Positions 59,340-64,000 of a DNA stretch of 64,000 nucleotides are shown here, piece by piece. Below the pieces are notes generated by a model, which worked only from the letters and a program-made list of their open reading frames with translations, did not search any database and was not told where the DNA came from. Positions within the stretch are counted from its first letter, which is position 1. Every line of letters begins with the position of its first letter. Location: contig NC_086097.1 in NCBI RefSeq assembly GCF_963921235.1, forward strand, positions 237,710,001-237,774,000, read 5' to 3'. Origin of the DNA: Mobula hypostoma. Lineage: Eukaryota. Position numbers and translations under genes: made by a program.

Positions 59340-62300
59340 TGTCCTGTGCAATTGCGAAGAAAGAATGGAAGCGGTACTACCTCCTTAGGAGTTTGCAAAG
59401 ATTTGGCATAACATTTAAAACTTTGACAAACTTCTATAGATGTGTGATGGAGAGTATATTTACTGGCTGCATCACAGCCTGGTGTGGAAATACCAATGTC
59501 CTTGAATGGAAAATGCTGCAGAAATAGTTGATATGGCCCAGTCCACCTCAGGAAAAACCCTCACCACCATTGAGCACATCTACATGGATCACTGTTGCAG
59601 AAAAGCAGCATCCATCATCAGGGACCCCCACCACCCAGGTCACTATCTCTTCTTGCTGCTGCCATCAGGAAGAAGGTTTAGGATACTCGGGACTCATACC
59701 ATCAGATTCAGGAATGGTTATTACCTCTCAACCATCGGTCTCTTGAACCAAGGAGGATAACTTCACTCAAGTTCACTTGCCCCATCATTGAAATGTTCCC
59801 ACAGCCTGTGGATTCACTTTCAAGGACTCTTAATTTCATGTCCTTGTTATTTATTGCTTATATTTCCCGTCACAGTATGTGGACAGGCCGACTAGGGGGA
59901 ATGCCGTACTGGATCTAGTACTCGGTAATGAACCGGGTCAGGTCACAGATCTCTCAGTGGGTGAGCATCTGGGGGACAGTGATCACCGCTCCCTGGCCTT
60001 TAACATTATCATGAGAAAGGATAGAATCAGAGAGGACAGGAAAATTTTTAATTTGGGAAGGGCAAATTATGAGGCTATAAGGCTAGAACTTGCAGGTGTG
60101 AATTGAGATGATATTTTTGCAGAGAAATGTACTATGGACATGTGGTCGATGTTTAGAGATCTCTTGCGGGACGCTAGGGATAAATTTGTCCCGGTGAGGA
60201 AGATAAAGAATGGTAGGGTAAAGGAACCATGGGTGACAAGTGAGGTGGAAAATCTAGTCAGGTGGAAGAAGGCAGCATACATGAGGTTCAGGAAGCAAGG
60301 ATCAGATGGGTCTATTGAGGAATATAGGGAAGCAAGAAAGGAGCTTAAGAAGGGGATGAGAAGAGCAAGCAGGGGATATGAGAAGGCCTTGGGGAGTAGG
60401 GTAAAGGAAAACCCCAAGGCATTCTTCAATTATGTGAAGAAAAAAAGGATGACAGGAGTGAAGGTAGGACTGATTAGAGATAAAGGTGGGAAGATGTACC
60501 TGGAGGCTGTGGAAGTGAGAGAGGTCCTCAATGAATACTTCTCTTCGGTATTCACCAATGAGAGGGAATTTGATGATGGTGAGGACAATATGAGTGAGGT
60601 TGATGTTCTGGAGCATGTTGATATTAAGGGAGAGGAGGTGTTGGAGTTGTTAAAATACATTAGGACAGATAAGTCCACGGGGCCTGACGGAATATTCCCC
60701 AGGCTGTTCCACGAGGCGAGAGAAGAGATTGCTGAGCCTCTGGCTAGGATCTTTATGTCCTTGTTGACCACGGGAATGGTACAGGAGGATTGGAGGAGGC
60801 GAATGTTGTCCCCTTGTTCAAAAAAGGTAGTAGGGATAGTCCGGGTAATTATAGACCAGTGAGCCTTACGTCTGTGGTGGGAAAGCTGTTGGAAAAGATT
60901 CTTAGAGACAGGATCTACAGGCATTTAGAGAATCATGGTCTGATCAGGGACAGTCAGCATGGTTTTGTGAAGGGCAGATTATGTCTAACAAGCCTGATAG
61001 AGTTCTTTGAGGAGGTGACAAGGCATATAGATGATGGTAGTGCAGTGGATGTGATCTATATGGATTTTAGTAAGGCATTTGACAAGGTTAGAAGACATGG
61101 GATCCAGGGAAGTTTGGCCAGGTGGATTCAGAATTGGCTTGCCTGCAGAAGGCAGAGGGTCGTGGTGGAGGGAGTACATTCAGATTGGAGGATTGTGACT
61201 AGTGGTGTCCCACAATGATCCGTTCTGGGACCTCTACTTTTCATGATTTTTATTAACGACCTGGATGTGGGGGCAAAAGGGTGGGTTGGCAAGTTTGCAG
61301 ACGACACAAAGGTTGGTGGTGTTGTAGATAGTGTAGAGGGTTGTCAAAGATTGCAGAGAGACATTGATAGGATGCAGAAGTGGGCTGAGAAGTGGCAGAT
61401 GGAGTTCAATCCGGAGAAGTGTGAGGTGGTACACTTTGGAAGGACAAACTCCAAGACAGAGTACAAAGTAAATGGCAGGATACTTGGTAGTGTGGAGGAG
61501 CGGAGGGATCTCGGGGTACATGTCCACAGATCCCTGAAAGTTGCCTCACAGGTGGATAGGGTAGTTAAGAAAGCTTATGGGCTGCTAGCTTTCATAAGTT
61601 GAGGGATAGAGTTTAAGAGTCGCGATGTAATGATGCAGCTCTATAAAACTATAAAACTTGGAGTACTGTGTCCAGTTCTGGTCACCTCACTATAGGAAGG
61701 ATGTGGAAGCATTGGAAAGGGTACAGAAGAGATTTACCAGGATGCTGCCTGGTTTAGAAGGTATGCATTATGATCAGAGATTGAGGGAGCTAGGGCTTTA
61801 CTCTTTGGAGAGAAGGAGGATGAGAGCAGACATGATAGAGGTGTACAAGATAATAAGAGGAATAGATAGAGTGGATAGCCAGCGCCTCTTCCCCAGGGCA
61901 CCACTGCTCAATACAAGAGGACATGGCTTTAAGGTAAGGGGTGGGAAGTTCAAGGGGGATATCAGAGGAAGGTTTTTTACTCAGAGAGTGGTTGGTGCGT
62001 GGAATGCACTGCCTGAGTCAGTGGGGGAGGCAGATACACTAGTGAAGTTTAAGAGTCTACTAGACAGGTATATGGAGGAATTTAAGGTGGGGGCTTATAT
62101 GGGAGGCAGGATTTGAGGGTTGGCACAACATTGTGGGCCGAAGGGCCTGTACTGTGCTGTACTATTCTATGTATATTTATTCATTATTGCTTATCATTTC
62201 TTTCTTTGCAGTAAAACTGTCGCCTTTTATACACTGGTTGAACACTCAAGTTGGTTTGGTCTTTCACTGATTCTGTTATAGTTATTATTCTAGTATGGAT

Positions 62301-62395
62301 TTATTGAATGTGCCCACAAAAAAATGAATCTTAGGTTTGTATGCAATGACATATACGTATGCACTTTGATAACAAATTTAGACTGAACTTTGAAA
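59340..62395 (+). mobile_element. Rex1/Babar 3' remnant split by a CR1
   Basis: ESIFTGCITAWCG...HPGHYLFLLLPSGRRF; the UTR resumes at 62179. Confidence 0.75.
59866..62171 (+). mobile_element. 2.3-kb 5'-truncated CR1 (end of APE + RT)
   Basis: PTRGNAVLDLVL, SDH, YMDFSKAFDKV, KFADDTKVGG; TSD TATATTT (59859-59865, 62172-62178). Confidence 0.93.
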
Positions 62396-62432
62396 CAGGA
62401 ACCAGTGTTTAGTTCTGAATGTTTGAAGGATG

Positions 62433-62835
62433 GTGGGGCAGAGGCAAGTGTCTACCAAAGGAGATGTAAGATGCTCCTTCCCTCCGCTAGCTTGCAGGTC
62501 ACCCTTGGGCAAGGAGTAACTCCTGCTTAGCCTCCCAATCAGTGTCACATGAAGCTATGGGAGCAGGTGGTGGATGGTCATATGAGCACCTGCTGCACAT
62601 CACAAGTCCTGGTTATGAGACGCCAGGCAGACAATTTCTGAAGAGTATTGATAAAGGCTGTGGTTACCTGTCTTGTAAGGACACTGCCCAGGAGAAGGCA
62701 ATGGCAAACTACTTCTGCAAAAAAATTTACCAAGATCAATGATAGTCATGGATAGAGAAAAGAGTAAGAACAACAGTGTGAAGTAATAGATTAAAAACAG
62801 TTGAATAACCATGATCATCCACATGACATAATGAT
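62433..62835 (+). mobile_element. RTE/BovB-tailed SINE
   Basis: gagaaggcaatggcaaac BovB-like 3' motif; homologous to 55780-56862. Confidence 0.72.
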
Positions 62836-63508
62836 GATGAATTTAAGTTTGAATTTAAAAGTACGGCTTGCAAACAAACAGTCTTGACTATGGAACAGAG
62901 ACTGCTGGCCCACAGCATGAGGCTGGCTGCTAAGAGATATGATTCGCAAAGTGTTACTTCAAGATGTTCTCATATGTTTCAGCAAAATGTTAAGCAGTGG
63001 GATCATGTTAATTGGTCTGCATCAAATCAGCAACTACAGTTTGTTATTTGCATCATTGTAACCAAGTTCACTGAAAACTGAACACCATACTGATGTTGTT
63101 ACTAGCATATCAAACATGATCACAGAAATAGCTGATCTGACAATGGTTGGGATATCTGTGTACTCAGTGAGTCAGCCCTCTCAACACTAATATTTGTTGT
63201 TTGGAATCTCCATCCTCAGATGCTTCTGGAACATCTGTGTGAATTAGCTTGTCCCAGCAAAAGTGTTTAAACCTTCAGATGTGTCTCAACTATTTACAAT
63301 GTGTTTCCACAGTAAGTATGCATGATAAAGGAACCATTTGTCAAACACAAAATATTGCAGTAAGAATCAAAATCAGAATGGGGTTTACTATCACCAGCAT
63401 GTGCCGTGAAATTTGTTATCTTAGCACCAGCAGTTCAAAGCAATATAGAGAAAAAAATAAATGAAATAATAATAATTAATAAATACATAAATAAATAAAT
63501 ACATCTAT

Positions 63509-63708
63509 AGACATCTGTTAGTCTCGTGAGACCATGGATTTGCGCCTTGGAAGGTTTCCAGGACGCAGGCCTGGGCAAGGTTGTACAGAAGACAGGCAGT
63601 TGCCCATGCTGCAAGTCTCCCCTCTGCACGCCACCGATGTTGTCCAAGGGAAGGGCACTAGGGCCAATACAGCTTGGCACCAGTGTCGTCGCCGAGCAAT
63701 GTGTGGTT
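63509..63708 (-). mobile_element. tRNA-derived SINE (3' part), same family as 13084-13388
   Basis: High similarity by eye; truncated by the CR1 at 63709. Confidence 0.85.
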
Positions 63709-64000
63709 AACATAGAAACATAGAAGCATAGAAAATAGGTGCAGGAGCAGGCCATTCGGCCCTTCGAGCCTGCACCGCCATTCAGTATGATCATGGCTGA
63801 TCATCCAACTCAGAACCCTGCACCAGCCTTCCCTCCATACCCCCTGATCCCTTTAGCCACAAGGGCCATATCTAACTCCCTCTTAAATATAGCCAATGAA
63901 CTGGCCTCAACTGTTTCCTGTGGCAGAGAATTCCACAGATTCACCACTCTCTGTGTGAAGAAGTTTTTCCTCATCTCGGTCCTAAAAGGCTTCCCCTCTA
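63709..64000 (-). mobile_element. Young CR1 3' end (runs off the window)
   Basis: Near-identical reverse complement of 15652-15937. Confidence 0.88.

Overview
This is eukaryotic, repeat-saturated vertebrate DNA. The mix of CR1 LINEs with (CTATGTTT)n-type tails, V-domain/HE1-like SINEs, Rex1/Babar, RTE and Penelope elements points to a cartilaginous fish, probably a ray; that assignment is inference. I found no convincing host protein-coding exon, so the window is probably intergenic or inside a very large intron, and almost every long ORF is transposon-derived. The centrepiece is a 4.9-kb Gmr1-type Ty3/gypsy LTR element (26204-31113, minus strand). It has two 856-bp LTRs that look identical by eye, a GTAT target-site duplication (TSD), a tRNA-Pro primer-binding site (PBS) and an intact 814-aa Gag(SCAN-like, CCHC)-protease ORF. 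Its INT/RT/RNase H region has been cut to fragments by deletions that mostly keep the reading frame, so it looks like a recently mobilised non-autonomous 'Gag-PR only' element. Each LTR also carries a second segment matching the 5' end/D-arm of tRNA-Pro. Other notable items are a near-complete Penelope (RT + GIY-YIG) with a minimal hammerhead ribozyme motif, a decayed Helitron PIF1-helicase fragment, teleost-like Rex1/Babar copies, an internally deleted chromovirus, several MITEs and multi-level nested insertions. Family assignments come from recognising motifs by eye, not from database searches, and the boundaries of old repeats are approximate.
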